Shown one piece after another: positions 25,628 through 38,045 of a stretch of DNA of 64,000 nt. Source of the stretch: Mobula hypostoma (Eukaryota); contig NC_086097.1 of NCBI RefSeq assembly GCF_963921235.1, positions 140,246,001 to 140,310,000 on the forward strand. The letters are read 5' to 3'. Below the pieces are notes generated by a model. That model did not search any database. It saw nothing but the letters and a program-made list of their open reading frames with translations, and was not told the origin of the DNA. The translations under genes were made by a program, and so were the position numbers. Every line of letters starts with the position of its first letter. Within the stretch, counting starts at the first letter, position 1.

Positions 25628-26356
25628 CATAGAACATAGAATAGTACAGCACAGTACAGGCCTTTCGGCCCACAATATTGTGCCGACCCTCAAACCCTGC
25701 CTCCCATATAACCCCCCACCTTAAGTTCCTCCATATACCTGTCTAGTAGTCTCTTAAATTTCACTAGTGTATCTGCCTCCAACACCGACTCAGGCAGTGC
25801 ATTCCACGCATCAACCACTCTCTGAGTCAAAAACCTTCCTCTAATATCCCCTTTGAACTTCCCACCCCTTACCTTGAAGCCATGTCCTCTTGTATTGAGC
25901 AGTGGTGCCCTGGGGAAGAGGCGCTGGCTATCCACTCTACCTATTCCTCTGATTATCTTATACACCTCTATCATGTCTCCTCTCACCCTCCTTCTCTCCA
26001 AAGAGTAAAGCCCTAGCTCCCTTAATCTCTGATCATAATGCATACTCTCTAAACCAGGCAGCATCCTGGTAAATCTCCTCTGTACCTTTCCAATGCTTCC
26101 ACATCCTTCCTATAGTGAGGCGACCAGAACTGGACACAGTACTCCAAGTGTGGCCTAACCAAGTTTTATAGAGCTGCATCATTACATCGCGACTCTTAAA
26201 CTCTATCCCTCGACTTATGAAAGCTAACACCCCATAAGCTTTCTTAACTACCCTATCCACCTGTGAGGCAACTTTCAGGGATCTGTGGACATGTACCCCC
26301 AGATCCCTCTGCTCCTCCACACTATCAAGTATCCTGCCATTTACTTTGTACTCTGG
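25628..26356 (-). mobile_element. CR1 3' fragment
   Basis: ORFs MLPGLES...LGLYSLERRR...TQRVVDAWNALP and RDLGVHVHRSLK; tail (ttctatg)n. Confidence 0.92.
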
Positions 26357-26719
26357 CTCCCCCAGGCTTCTCACTGAAGTTGGGAATTATGTTACCACTC
26401 ACAATATCACTGCACTCCAACATTCCAGTCACTCACTCTGAGATGACAAGTTTGCAAAAGTGATGAAAACATTAAATTATGTAATTATTATTTCAAACTT
26501 TGTTAATATTTTACACATTACCTCAATTCTCACTAATGGAATTGAAGATAACAGCCTTGATCAAGTTGATAGCTGTTCACATCCTTCCATTGTAAAAATA
26601 CAAAGGATTTTAGAAAGAAAGAAAATTGTACATAAAAGTAATCTTCCTTCCCAGCTTGTTGTGTTTGTGAGGGTTGTAATCTGTACAAAAGTAGATTCAG
26701 ACAGAGTACAGGGAGGCAA

Positions 26720-29700
26720 TAGGATTTGAAACGAGAGGTGTTTAAAAGTGGTAGGTCTCAGGACTGCTGGTGAGCTTCACATATTACAGGAAGGAACAAT
26801 GGGTGTGAGTGCTTAAAAGAAGTAGGTCTCAGGACTTGCTGGTAAATTTCACATACCAAGAGACGGGACTTCGATTAAGAGGCACAAGCATTTAAAATAG
26901 GCCTCAAGGTTTGCTGGTGAGTTTCACTTAACAAGACTGTTTACTAGCTAACTGACAGCAACAATCAAAATAAATTGGGGTCAACCAGAGTGGCCATTTT
27001 TGTGTAGCCATTATTGCAGTGGAGAGCTGAGGCTTTGGTGTGAAGTGGTTAAGTTAATAGCCAGATGTGGGGAGTGAGAGAACCCTTTTAAAAACAAAGG
27101 AACTTCAGTGAGAGGCAAAGGTAAGGCCAAGTAACGTTTTTTTTTGTTGTTGATCCTTAGTCCTTGATTTAGGCAGGATGGTAGACGAGTGGAATGCTCA
27201 TCCTGCAAGATGTAGAAAATCAGGGTACCTCATCCATAGGAAGAAGCACAGTCGACATTTTGGGCCGAGACCCTTCGTCAGGACTAACTTAAAGAAGAGA
27301 TAGTAAGACATTTGAAAGTGGGAGGGGGAGGGGGAGATCCAGAATGATAGGAGAAGACAGGAGGGGGAAGGATAGAGCTAAGAGCCGGAAAGTTGATTGG
27401 CGAAAGGGATACAGAGTTGGAGAAGGGAGGATCATGGGACGGGAGGCCCAGAGAGAAAGAAAGGGGGAGGGGAGTGCCAGAGGAAGGTGGAGAGCAGGCA
27501 AGGAGTTATTGTGAGAGGGACAGAGAGAGAAAAAAGAGAGAAAAGAGAGAGAGAGAGAAAAACAAGGGAAAAATAATACGTAAATAAATAAATAAGGGAT
27601 GGGATAAGAACGGGAGGAGGGGCATTAACGGAAGTTGGAGAAGTCAATGTTCATGCCATCAGGTTGGAGCCTACCCAGACGGAATATAAGGTGTTGTTCT
27701 TCCAACCTGAGTGTGGCTTCATCTTGACAGTAGAGGAGGCCATGGATAGACATATCAGAATGGGATTCCACGTCCCACGTCCCTATGGATGCTGTCTGGC
27801 CTGCTGCGTTCCACCAGCATTTTGGGTGTGTTGCTTGAATTTCCAGCATCTACAGATTTCCTCGTGTCAGGGTACCTCATGGTCTCCCTGCTACTACATC
27901 TATTGGAAGTGCACACAGATGCAGTTCCTGACAGACCAGTTCAAGGAACGTGAGCTGGAGTTAGATATAGGTAGAATCATCCAGGAAGCTGAGAGCTTCA
28001 CTGATGATACTTTTACTGAGGACGTCACACCCAAGGTACAGGTTTCAGATAAATGGGTAAAGCAAGTAGGCAGTCTGTGCGGGGTTCTCCTGTGACTTTG
28101 TGCGGCTCTGAGGCTCAGCAGGGAACGGTAACGTCAGGAACACCAATTATGATATGAGACTTGATAGTTAGGAGGACAAACAGTAGGACTGTGTGTTGCT
28201 TCCCAATGTTCAAGCCAAGGATATCTCTGAGCAGCTGCAAAAATTTTCTCAAGGGGGAGGGTGAACAGCCAGAGGTCATTGCACATGTTGATACAAACAA
28301 CATAGGCATAACAAGGGATGAGGTCCTGTGGAATGAATAGGGGAAGATAGGTAAGAAATTAAAATGCAGGATGTCAAGGGTGATGATCTCTAGGTTACTC
28401 CTGATACCACATGTTATCAGGAGTATGTGAGCCCAGGACTAGAAAGATAGGCCAGATGATTCAATGACTGAAGAGTTGGTGCAAATTTTCAGGCTCTTGA
28501 ATCACTGGGGTCTCTTCTGGGGTAGAGGCGATCTGTACAAAAGGTACAGGTTGTAATGGAACCAAAGGAAACCAATACCCTAGCGGGGGCATTTGCTTTT
28601 GCCACCAGGAGAATGGGACTCGAGGGAACAAACTCATTGAGAATACAGGGGTACGTGCAGAAATCAACGTGTGCACGCCTAGCAATCAGGATAGCCATGC
28701 TTACAGTAAAACAGCAGATAACGCCAATGGTTTAAATTGCATCTATTTCAATGCACATAGCACTACAAGTAAGGCAGTTAACTGAGGGCCTGGATTGCCT
28801 CCAGGGAATAGGATATTGTAGCCATAACAGAAACATGGCTGAGAGAAGGACAGGACTGGCAGTTCAATGTTCCAGGATCCTGATGCTTTAGGCATGTCAG
28901 AGGTATGGGTAGGACTGGAGGGAGTGTTGCCTTTTTAATAAAGGAGGATGTAACAGCAGTGTTTAGTGAAGATTCTCTTGAGGGATCACCTAACAAGGCC
29001 AGTTGGGCAGAAGTTAAAAATGAGAAGGGATAGTCACCTTGCTAGGGATATATTAGACTCTGCAATGGTCAGTGGGAATTTGAGTAGCAGAGGTGTTGAG
29101 AAATTGCACATAGTTGTGAGAATAATAGTGTAGTGCTAGTGAGAGATTTCAATTAACCCAGTATAGATTGGGCTACCCAGAGTACCAACTGCCTGGAGGA
29201 GGTGGTATTTGTGTGGTGTGTCCAAGACAGTTTCCCCATGCAATATATAAAGGAACCTACATGAGAAGGAGCAATACTGGACCTCCTCTTAGGGAATGAG
29301 GTGGGGCAAGTAACTTAAAATGGCAGTTGGAGAGCACTTTGGATCCACAATTCTATTAGTTTTAAAATAGCTATGAAAAAGGTAGAACAAGTCCACAGAC
29401 CAACTTTGAGGTCATTAGACAGGATCTAGTTGGCGTCGACTACGTGACTCTAATTATAAAGGCAAAGGGACAATTGGTAAGTTGGAAGCTTTGAAAAGGG
29501 ACTTTTCAGAGTCCAGGGTATCTTCTTGAGGTGAAGGGTGGAGATACCAAGTTCAGCCAACCCTTGCTATAAGAGATATAGAGGCTCTGGTCAAGGAAAA
29601 CAAGGAAATCTACATTACTTTTAGACAGCTGGGTACAAATGAATCTGTCGATGAAAATAAAGTTTAAGAGCACATTTAGGACAGAAATCAGGAGGGCAAA

Positions 29701-31320
29701 AAGAGGGTATGAGATGAAATTAGTGGAAAGGGTTAAAGATAATTCCAAGAGGTTTTTCTGTCATATTAACAAGAAAAAGAATAACTAAAGAGAGACTGGG
29801 CCCTATTAAAGACCATCAGGACTTCCACTGTGTGGAGCCGCAAGAAATGGCTGATATTTTTAAAGTCCATTTCCCCTTGGTATTTACTAAGGAGGATATC
29901 ATGGATGCCAGAGAAATGAAGGTAATAGGTAGTGAAATCTTGGAACATGAAACACATTGAGGTGGGCAAATTCCCAGGGCCTGACCAAGTACACTCCTGG
30001 ACCTTGTGGGAGGTCAGGAACGTAATTGCAGAGGTCCTTTTTGAAATATTTGCTTCTTTGTTAGCCACAGGTAACTAGAGGGTGGCTCATGTTGTTCCAT
30101 CATTTAAGAAGGGTAGCAAGGACAGGCCAGGGAACTAATTACCACTAAACCTAACTTCACTTGTAGTTAAGTTACTGGAGGGAACTCTGAGGGATAAGAT
30201 CTATCGTCAGTTGGATAGTCAAAGTCTGATGAGGAATAGCCAGTGCAGTTTTATGCATGGGAGGTCACGTTTGACAAATCTTTTGGAGATCTTTGAAGAA
30301 CTAATGATGGGATAGGTGAAGGGAGGACAGTTGATGATGTTTATAAGAACTCTAGTATGACTTTTGACAAAGTCTCACATGGCAGGCTGATCTAAAGGGT
30401 TAGGTTACAGGGGATTCAGGAGGAGCTACTGAGATAGATTCACAATTAGCTCAATGATAGGAAGCAGAGAGTAATGGCTGTAGGTTGATTCTCTAAACTG
30501 GAGGCCTGTGACAAATGAGGTGCCACAGGTGTCACCATTGGAATCTCTGTTAGTCATTATTTATGTAAATAACTTGTACATGAATATACATAGCATGATC
30601 AGTGAGTTTAGTCAATGAAACTAAATTATATGGACTTGTTGATAGTGAACAAGGTTACAATAAATTACCAAGAGATCTTCATCATTTAGGGAGGTGGGCT
30701 GAGAAATGGCAAATGCATTTCAACTTAGAAAAGTGTGAGGTGATGCATTTTGGACAATCAAATCAGGACAGGATTTATACAAGGCATTGATGAGTGTCAT
30801 GGAACAGAAGCACCTGGAATACAAGATTTGCTGAAAGTGGCCGAGGAATTAGACAGAGTGGTGAAGAAGGCATTAAGCATGCTGACCTCCACCAGTTAGG
30901 GCAATGAATTTAGGAGCTGGCACATTATATTGCAGTTATATAAGCCTTAAAACATGACATATAGCTTTTGTCACCTGTTAAAAGAAAGATATTTTCAAGT
31001 TGGAGAGGGTGCAGGAAAGGATGCTGCCTAGACTAGAGGGCCTGAGTTATAGGGAGAGGTTGGCCACACTGGATCTATGTTTCTTGGAGCATAGGAAAAT
31101 GAGGTGTGACCTCAGAAGCTTTTAAATTCATAAGGGGTATGAAAAAGTTAGATTGTCCTAGTCTTTTCCCCAGTGTGGGGACTCCAAAACTAGAGGCCAT
31201 AGATACAAGGTGGGAAAGATTTAAAAGAGACATGAGAGGTAGCTTCTTTACACAAAAACTACAGAGTAATTGGAATGATCTGCCAGAGAAAGTGGTTGAG
31301 ATGCGTACGTGGATACTTCT
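26720..31320 (+). mobile_element. Near full-length, heavily decayed CR1 LINE interrupted by a PLE
   Basis: ORF1 Cys motif VECSSC...CTQMQ and esterase remnants (~28240-28600), then ORF2 remnants through SFFTQK...WNDLP at ~31280. Confidence 0.85.
27234..27866. mobile_element. PLE insertion with internal inversion and 14-bp TSD
   Basis: tcagggtacctcat occurs at 27220-27233 and 27867-27880. 27234-~27775 is PLE 3' region on the minus strand; 27781-27866 is the extreme terminus on the plus strand. Confidence 0.9.
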
Positions 31321-31615
31321 TTAAATCATAGCTGTTAGTGCACTGAATGAGTTCTGAGGCTTCATGTGCAGAGAACAGGTCTACCTCTGGATTTTATTTT
31401 GGATGGATGTGGATGTGGGTTAGACTCCCAGCATAAACAACTGACATTAATTTAATTCCTTCAATATAAAAAGATATCTCAACATCGGCATCCAGAAACT
31501 GGAATACTGAATGAATATTACTGGAGTAAGCACTGGCAGAGATTAGAAAGCCCAAGCACAGTGTGTAGTGTTTCTGGAACAGCGTATTACTTTCCTTGCA
31601 GGACAAAACACTCAC

Positions 31616-31798
31616 CAGTTCCTGGCTGTCCTGGGTCAGGGGTAGAAATGCAGCTTCCAGGATGGCCATCTGATCTCTACTCAAATTCTGCCACAGACCA
31701 ATCAACAGGACTGTCAGCTGTGTGGCACTCTTCACCCTGGTGAAGGCTTGGTATAGGTTGGCCTGGTTCTCCTCCATGGCATCAGCCAGAGCAATAAT
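31616..31798 (-). CDS. BBS9: BBS9 (PTHB1) internal coding exon, 183 nt, phase 0/0
   Basis: Translates IIALADAMEENQANLYQAFTRVKSATQLTVLLIGLWQNLSRDQMAILEAAFLPLTQDSQEL, matching the recalled human BBS9 segment VIALADAVEENQGNLFQSFTRLKSATHLVILLIALWQKLSADQVAILEAAFLPLQEDTQEL. Acceptor gcttcag| and donor |gtgagt on the minus strand. Confidence 0.95.
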
Positions 31799-32634
31799 CT
31801 GAAGCAAATGATGACAGATTTACTACGATAATAAACTATTTTAAACAGGCTCCTGTAGAAATGCAAAGATCTTTCAACAGGTCACAAGGGTCCCAGTAAA
31901 AACCTGGCAACTCTCCATGGCAAGAAGAAAATTAAACTTTATTGATAGTAACTAAAGAATGCACATTATATCATACTGGTTGTAAAAAGCTCACGGAAGC
32001 AAACATTATAAATGTATCCCCACATTCATGTTAGGTTAGAGATAAGCTGATCTGGAACACTTCAGCAGTGATCTCACAGTCAGAATCTTCTAGCCAATTT
32101 CCTGAAGCAGTTAGAGATTCCTTCCATGACACTGACTGTTTTTCATTACTTTTCTGGTTACTGCTGCTCTTTATCTGCCTGGCTTCTGCTGTGACCTTGA
32201 ACAGTGAAGCAGCTGGGTTACTGTCAACATATGGTATCAAGGTATTATGAAATAAAAAGAGAAACTAGAAACTCAGCAGGTCCAGCAGCATTTGTGGAAG
32301 AGAAACAAAGTTTGCGAGTTTTTTGATTGTTCTTTACTAAAGTATGGTGCTCTCAGGACTATTGTTTCTGAGAAGATGCTGAAGCTGTCAATGGAAGTCT
32401 TTTACCTGAACCTCTCTTTAGGACTCAACAAGCTTTTCCACACACTTTGCACTTCACTGGAATTTCAAACAATTATTCTTTTCATGCTTTAGCTTTTCAA
32501 ATAGATGGCTGGAAGGAGGGAGGAAATAGGAGGGCAGCAGTTATGAAATTTGGCTAGAGGCCAAAACGGTCAAATACAGAAAACTTAGCAAAAGTGAGGA
32601 AATCAAATCAAGCAGCTGAGAGATAACAGTGAAT

Positions 32635-32910
32635 GTCAGAATCAGATTTATTATCACTGACTTACTCAATGAAATTTGTTTTGAGGTAGCAGTACAATGC
32701 AGACATAAATATTCCAAAGATGAATAATGAGGTAGTGTTCATGGACAGTTCAGAAATCTGATGGCAGAGGGGAAGACGGTGTTTTCAAAACATTTGAGTG
32801 TGGGTCTTCAGGCTTCTATACCTCCTCCCGATGGTAGTGAGGCAGGGGGAGCATTTCCCAGATGGTGAGGGTCTTTAGTGATGGATGCTGTCTTCTGGAG
32901 GCACTGCACA
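32635..32910 (-). mobile_element. Rex1/Babar 3' fragment
   Basis: (agaatc)n tail and ...ASITKDPHHLGNAP...PSGGG.EA.RP-type remnant, like 41325-42110. Confidence 0.6.
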
Positions 32911-33149
32911 TTATGTCACCTATCTTTTTATTTGCATATTAATCCTATGCCTTAAATTCACATCCAGATCATTAATAAATATAAAAAGGTAATTAAGGTC
33001 CTAGTACCTATCCTTCTAGTACACCGCAGGTTGCAGCTTCCAATAGCAAATGCAGTTCTTAAACATCATCCTCTACTGTTACTAAGCCAAGTACAGGGCC
33101 AAGAGGTTTACTCCCATCTTCTTTTCTAAGCTAGTATCTGATCTAGTTT

Positions 33150-33580
33150 GCCAAATTACCATGGATCTCATGGATTTTTATCTTCTGGAGTTGTCTCCCA
33201 CATGGGACCTTCATGAAAAGGCTTAGTAACCATATTTGCAGTTTTCCAATCATCTGGCACCTCACCTATGGCCAGAGAAGATTTGAAAATCCCTGTCAGA
33301 GTCCCAGAATCTTCTAAAATGGCCTAAGTATATAACTCCCGTTTTTCACAATTTACCGCCTTTAAACCCAGTCATGCATCTAAGACCTTCATTCTTTCCA
33401 TCGTAGTTTGTTCTAGAATTCCTCTATACCTTTTCTAAATTCTCCATCTACAATATCTTCTCCATGGTGCAAACAAATGACAAGCATTCACTTACAACCT
33501 CAGCTTTGTCTTCTGGTTCCAGGTTGAGACTGCCATTTTGGTCCCTAATCAGCCCCACTCTTTCTCCAGTTATCCTCTCA
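33150..33580 (-). mobile_element. Old CR1 fragments
   Basis: Reverse complement contains gaggtgccagatgattggaaaactgcaaat (VPDDWKTAN). Confidence 0.5.
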
Positions 33581-34466
33581 GACATGATATTTGCGATTTT
33601 TATCAGTCCGCTTTATCACTTTACTTGAACTACAACTGAATGTCACTCAAATATCACTTGCACACAAAACTCATGCAAGTCAAATAAGTGTCAAAGCCAT
33701 TAAGCTGATAGATAATATAATCACATTTGGTGCAAGGTGTTTGCTAGAATATTACTGGTACTACGTGGGACTTATTAAGTGATAACCGAGAAATGACTGC
33801 AATCTATCTCTGTTTAAAGATGATATGGCAAATTCCTGAGCTAGGAAGGAGCAGATATTTGCAAATGATGCCAGAGAAAGATATGATTGAAAATTCTTTG
33901 GAATCTGTCACGTTACCACTTAAAGATAAAGCAAGATAAATAAAGCTGAATGACCTTCCCTGGTTTCTATATTTTCATTTAGTTCATAAATTTATAATAA
34001 CAATGAAAATACTGGAAATACTCAGCATGACAGGCAGCATCCAGAGAGAGAAAAACAGCTAACATTTTCAATGTCAATGACCTTTCATCAGTGACCTAAA
34101 ATGTTACCTCTTTCTCCAGAAATTTTGTCTATTTCCATCATTCTTCTACATTTCAGATCTCGAACATCTGTCATGCTGTGCTTTTGAATTACAGGTTTCC
34201 CCTGCCATTCAAAGGTACAGTGTTCCTATGAAATGGTTCGTAAGCCAAAATGTCGTAAAGCGAAGAAGCAATTACCGTTTATTTATATGGGAAAATTTTG
34301 TGAGCATTTGTAGATCCAAAAATAACCTACCAAATCATGCCCAATAACACATAGAACCTAAAATAACAGTAACATATAGTAATCGCAGGAATGATATGAT
34401 AAATACACAGCCTATATAAAGTAGAAATACTTTTCCACAATCATTGCCGGCACAGATCTCCGTAGC

Positions 34467-34570
34467 GAAAATCTCACACAAGCACCGTCGGCAGAAAATC
34501 TCACGCAAGCGCCGTCGGCAGAAAGTCTCACGCAAGCGCTGTTGGCAAAAACACGGCGCAAGCGCTCTCC
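34467..34570 (+). repeat. 27-bp tandem repeat (gaaaatctcacgcaagcgccgtcggca), 3-4 units
   Basis: Read directly. Duplicated at 39377-39480; only about one unit in copy 2. Confidence 0.85.
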
Positions 34571-34660
34571 AGTAATCTTTAAACTATGAAGCTGCCAAAT
34601 CATACCAAATAACACATAAAAATACACAGCTGATATAAAGTACAAATAATGTATGTACAG

Positions 34661-35492
34661 TGTTACGAGAATACACATAAAATTAAGATGTTTGCTGGCC
34701 TGGGCTAGCATCAGTGGCATCAGCAGTTGGTCTGCCACCTGCCCTCAGGGGAAGGAGAGATAAGGAACAATGGAGCAGCGTCTGGAGATGTGTAATGAAG
34801 GGATGTGGGAGGAAGAGCTGTCTGGAGCGGCTCCCCCCCTTTGAACCCTGAACTGTTTGAAGTGATGGACAGGCGATACCCCAGCAGGGGGATAAAAAGG
34901 GACAGGTTCGCTAAGACAGACACACACGCCACCCGAGGTAACGAGACCCTGGAAGCGGGACGCTTCTCACGAGTGGGTGGAAAGGTACGATCAGCGGGAA
35001 CCCGGTGTGTGTCCGCCCTTGCCTGGGTGCCGGGTTCACTGCAGAGGATCGACCGCATCTGGAGGAGGGGTCACAGTCGGTGACCTCAGGTGACATCACC
35101 AAGGACCTGCCCAAAAGCTGTTTGTGAGCCATCCCGCTGGTCTGTGAGTGAAGCCGTTCTGAATGATCAGTTGTTCCTATTCTGTCTCTCTCCCCCCACC
35201 TTGTCCATCGCCATGGCAACGATTACTGCGAACTGAACTACAAACTGGACTGAACTTTGAGTCATTTTGAAATTGGTCATTTACCCCTAGACAACGATAG
35301 AGCTTGATTGATGCTGTTATCTTAATTCTGTGCACATGTGTGGTTATCATTGTTGAATTGTTGCATTTATTATCCTTTCGATTACTGTGTTGCTTGTTTC
35401 TTTAATAAAACTTTCTTAGTTCTAGTACTCCAGACTCCAACTGAGTGATCCATTTCTGCTGGTTTGGCAACCCAGTTACGGGGTACGTAACA
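34661..35492 (+). repeat. 5' LTR (832 bp)
   Basis: TGTTACG...CGTAACA termini; aataaa at ~35404. Confidence 0.95.
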
Positions 35493-35496
35493 TAAG

Positions 35497-35515
35497 TGGG
35501 GTTCTCGTCCGCGAT
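35497..35515 (+). promoter_or_regulatory. Primer-binding site, tRNA-Pro type
   Basis: tggggttctcgtccgcgat(tttgaac) resembles TGGGGGCTCGTCCGGGAT(TTGAAC), the complement of the tRNA-Pro 3' end; starts 5 nt after the LTR. Confidence 0.85.
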
Positions 35516-35591
35516 TTTGAACGCTAAATTTGGGACGGAGTAAATTGATTGGGTTAAAATTCCCGAAAGAAAGAAAAGACAAACAGCAGAA

Positions 35592-38045
35592 ATGGAGGTT
35601 GAGGAATTTATAAAGGCGCCGACCTTGGAGGCATTAGAGGATGCCAGGAAATCGGAATTGATAGCTGTGGCAAAACGGGTGAATCTTGCTAAGGTGAAGT
35701 CGACAATGAGGAGAGAGGAGATACACAGAGCTATTGTAGAGCACTATGTATCTAAAGGTGTGTTTCCCCAAGGTGAGCTGGGGGAGGTGTCTATTGGAAA
35801 ACCTGCTGGAGACGCGGTACAGGTACAGTTTGAAAAACTGAGACTCGAGCACGAGTTCTGGGTACGGCAGTTAGAACACGAAGAGAAGCAGTTAGAAAGG
35901 CAGGAGAGAGAGGTAGAAAGGCAAGAGAGAGAGAGGGACAGACAGTTGGAGAGAGAGGAGAAACAGAGGGAAAGGGAATTTGAGCTGGAGAAGTTAAAGA
36001 TAAGGGCCGAGCAGGGGCTCGTGCCGAACCAAGGTGGAGGGTTCCGGGCGACCCAGGAGGTTAGGCTGGTTCCCCCATTTGACGATACCGATGTGGATCG
36101 GTACTTTCTCCACTTCGAAAAGGTGGCTATAAGTCAGGAATGGCCGAGGGATAAGTGGGTTGTTTTACTTCAGAGTGTACTGAAAGGGAAAGCCCAACAA
36201 GCTTACTCCGCTTTATCCCCGGAAGATGCCCAGAAGTATGAGGTGGTGAAGGAGGCCATCCTCAGGACTTATGAGTTGGTCCCGGAGGCATACCGGCAGA
36301 GGTTCCGGAATGCGAGGAAGCGGTGGGACCGCACGTATTTGGAGTTTGCTAGTGAGATGCAAACATATTGTGAGCGTTGGTGCGCCTCGAAAGGGGTAGA
36401 GGGGGATTATGACAGACTGCTGCAGCTGATTCTGATTGAGCAGTTTAAAGGTTGTGTCCCTGAGGGTATGAGACCCTACCTCGATGAGAAAGAGGCAGCC
36501 ACGTTAGCCGCAACTGCTAAGTTAGCGGATGAGTATGCGTTGACGCATAAAATGAAGGTTGCCCCGAGTAAAGGCTACCAGAAGGGTAGTCAGGACGGCG
36601 GGGAGAGTCCGCCGGAAAAGTCAGAAAGTAAGCCGGGGACTAGTGAAAAGGATAAGGTAGACCGGGAGCAGCCTGGTAGGAAGTCTCCTGGGGTCGTCTG
36701 TTATAATTGTGGGAAAGTCGGACACTTTGCGTCCAGGTGCTTTGCCCCAAGAAAGGAGACGGGGAAAGGAAAAGCGGAAATTTGGAATGGCTGTATTGAG
36801 CTGTTAAGCGAACCGCTAGGGAAGGACAGGTCTGAAAAAGTCCAGGAAGGGCGCGAGAGGTTTATCTCGGCCGGACTGGTGTCAGTGAAAAAGAGGTTAA
36901 AACCAGTTCCAGTGCGGATCTGGAGAGACACGGGAGCGTGTCAGTCACTAATACTGAAGAGTGTATTAGAGTTTAGCTCAGAGACCCAGACTGGGGAGGT
37001 AGAGGTCAAAGGTATTGGGGGAGGGACAGAGTCAGTCCCTTTGCACCAGATACACTTACAGAGCAACCTGGTCTCTGGACTAGTCACGATTGGGGTGAGG
37101 TCCGAATTACCGATGAAAGACGTGGAAGTCTTGCTCGGTAATGACATCGCCGGAGGGATCGTGTTCCCAGTCGTGAGATTGACGGGTCAGCCTGCCAGCA
37201 TGGAGGCCCCGCCCGCGATGGTGAATTTGGCTGAAACATTTCTGCCAACCTTGTATGAGACAGGGTGTAGTGAGATAAGAGGTAGTGAGGGAGCTGGGAC
37301 GGACGTAGCAGTAGCCAGGAAAGAATTTGTGCAGACGCAGGAGCGAGACGAGGGGCTGATGGTTTTTGCCGAGACCGCTCTCTCTGACACAGCCTTGACA
37401 AGCTATTGTGCGGATGAGGAAGTGCTAAGGAAGAAAGGGAAATCAAGTACAGCATCCGCAGATGAGGAGTGGGGGGTGGTGCAAAAGAGTTACGGGGATG
37501 AGGTTTTTAACATGGCCCACGAGGTACCCCCCGTTGGACATTTTGCGGTGCTGGAGGAAACAGTTGGTGGAATCATGAAAGAGATTTACCGGCTGCCCAG
37601 GGGGAAGAATGTTATTGATCATGACCGACGCGAACTGAGACGGTCACCGGCTTTTGATATGCTAACAAACCTAGTCGGTGTTAGCGTGGAAATCAATGAA
37701 GCTAGGGGCCCCTTGATAAGAGGAAAAAACCATTTTGAAAAGATTAGGATGGGATCGGTCAGATGGGAGAAGGCTATTGTTTTGGCCAGGTCTACTGATA
37801 AGGTCTCTCCCTTAATCCCCGAAGGAGTAATTAAACGACTCGCACCCATGTGTTTGATTGTCCCGAGGAAATGCAAAGAACTGGGACGTTGGGTTATGTC
37901 TGTTACAATAGGGCGGCCAAGTAAACAACACCCATATTTTTTGAGTAATTCAGTGACTAAAGGGCTGATGAACACAGAGGTGTGTATTGGCAATTTAACA
38001 CGGCTGTCTGAAGCCAGCTTGATAGTGAACCTTGGAAAAAAATGA
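35592..38045 (+). CDS. Gag-protease polyprotein (817 aa) with SCAN-like capsid, CCHC knuckle, aspartic protease and fused pol remnants
   Basis: VPPF..YFLHFEK..W..YELVPEAYRQRFR..LILIEQF (Gmr1/SCAN gag); CYNCGKVGHFASRC; RDTGACQSL; AHEVPPVGHF (IN zinc-finger remnant); NTEVCIGNL where RT YIDD is expected. Confidence 0.88.
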   Translation: MEVEEFIKAPTLEALEDARKSELIAVAKRVNLAKVKSTMRREEIHRAIVEHYVSKGVFPQGELGEVSIGKPAGDAVQVQFEKLRLEHEFWVRQLEHEEKQLERQEREVERQERERDRQLEREEKQREREFELEKLKIRAEQGLVPNQGGGFRATQEVRLVPPFDDTDVDRYFLHFEKVAISQEWPRDKWVVLLQSVLKGKAQQAYSALSPEDAQKYEVVKEAILRTYELVPEAYRQRFRNARKRWDRTYLEFASEMQTYCERWCASKGVEGDYDRLLQLILIEQFKGCVPEGMRPYLDEKEAATLAATAKLADEYALTHKMKVAPSKGYQKGSQDGGESPPEKSESKPGTSEKDKVDREQPGRKSPGVVCYNCGKVGHFASRCFAPRKETGKGKAEIWNGCIELLSEPLGKDRSEKVQEGRERFISAGLVSVKKRLKPVPVRIWRDTGACQSLILKSVLEFSSETQTGEVEVKGIGGGTESVPLHQIHLQSNLVSGLVTIGVRSELPMKDVEVLLGNDIAGGIVFPVVRLTGQPASMEAPPAMVNLAETFLPTLYETGCSEIRGSEGAGTDVAVARKEFVQTQERDEGLMVFAETALSDTALTSYCADEEVLRKKGKSSTASADEEWGVVQKSYGDEVFNMAHEVPPVGHFAVLEETVGGIMKEIYRLPRGKNVIDHDRRELRRSPAFDMLTNLVGVSVEINEARGPLIRGKNHFEKIRMGSVRWEKAIVLARSTDKVSPLIPEGVIKRLAPMCLIVPRKCKELGRWVMSVTIGRPSKQHPYFLSNSVTKGLMNTEVCIGNLTRLSEASLIVNLGKK

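Noticed and set aside
34467..34570. 27-bp repeats as a CRISPR-like array
   Set aside because: No unique spacers; a simple tandem expansion inside a eukaryotic transposon.
34720..35219. Short ORFs duplicated at 38632-39131
   Set aside because: They are chance frames within the two LTRs.
38030..38045. A7 run as a programmed -1 frameshift site
   Set aside because: The downstream RT remnant is in the +1 frame, so a homopolymer insertion or sequencing error is simpler.
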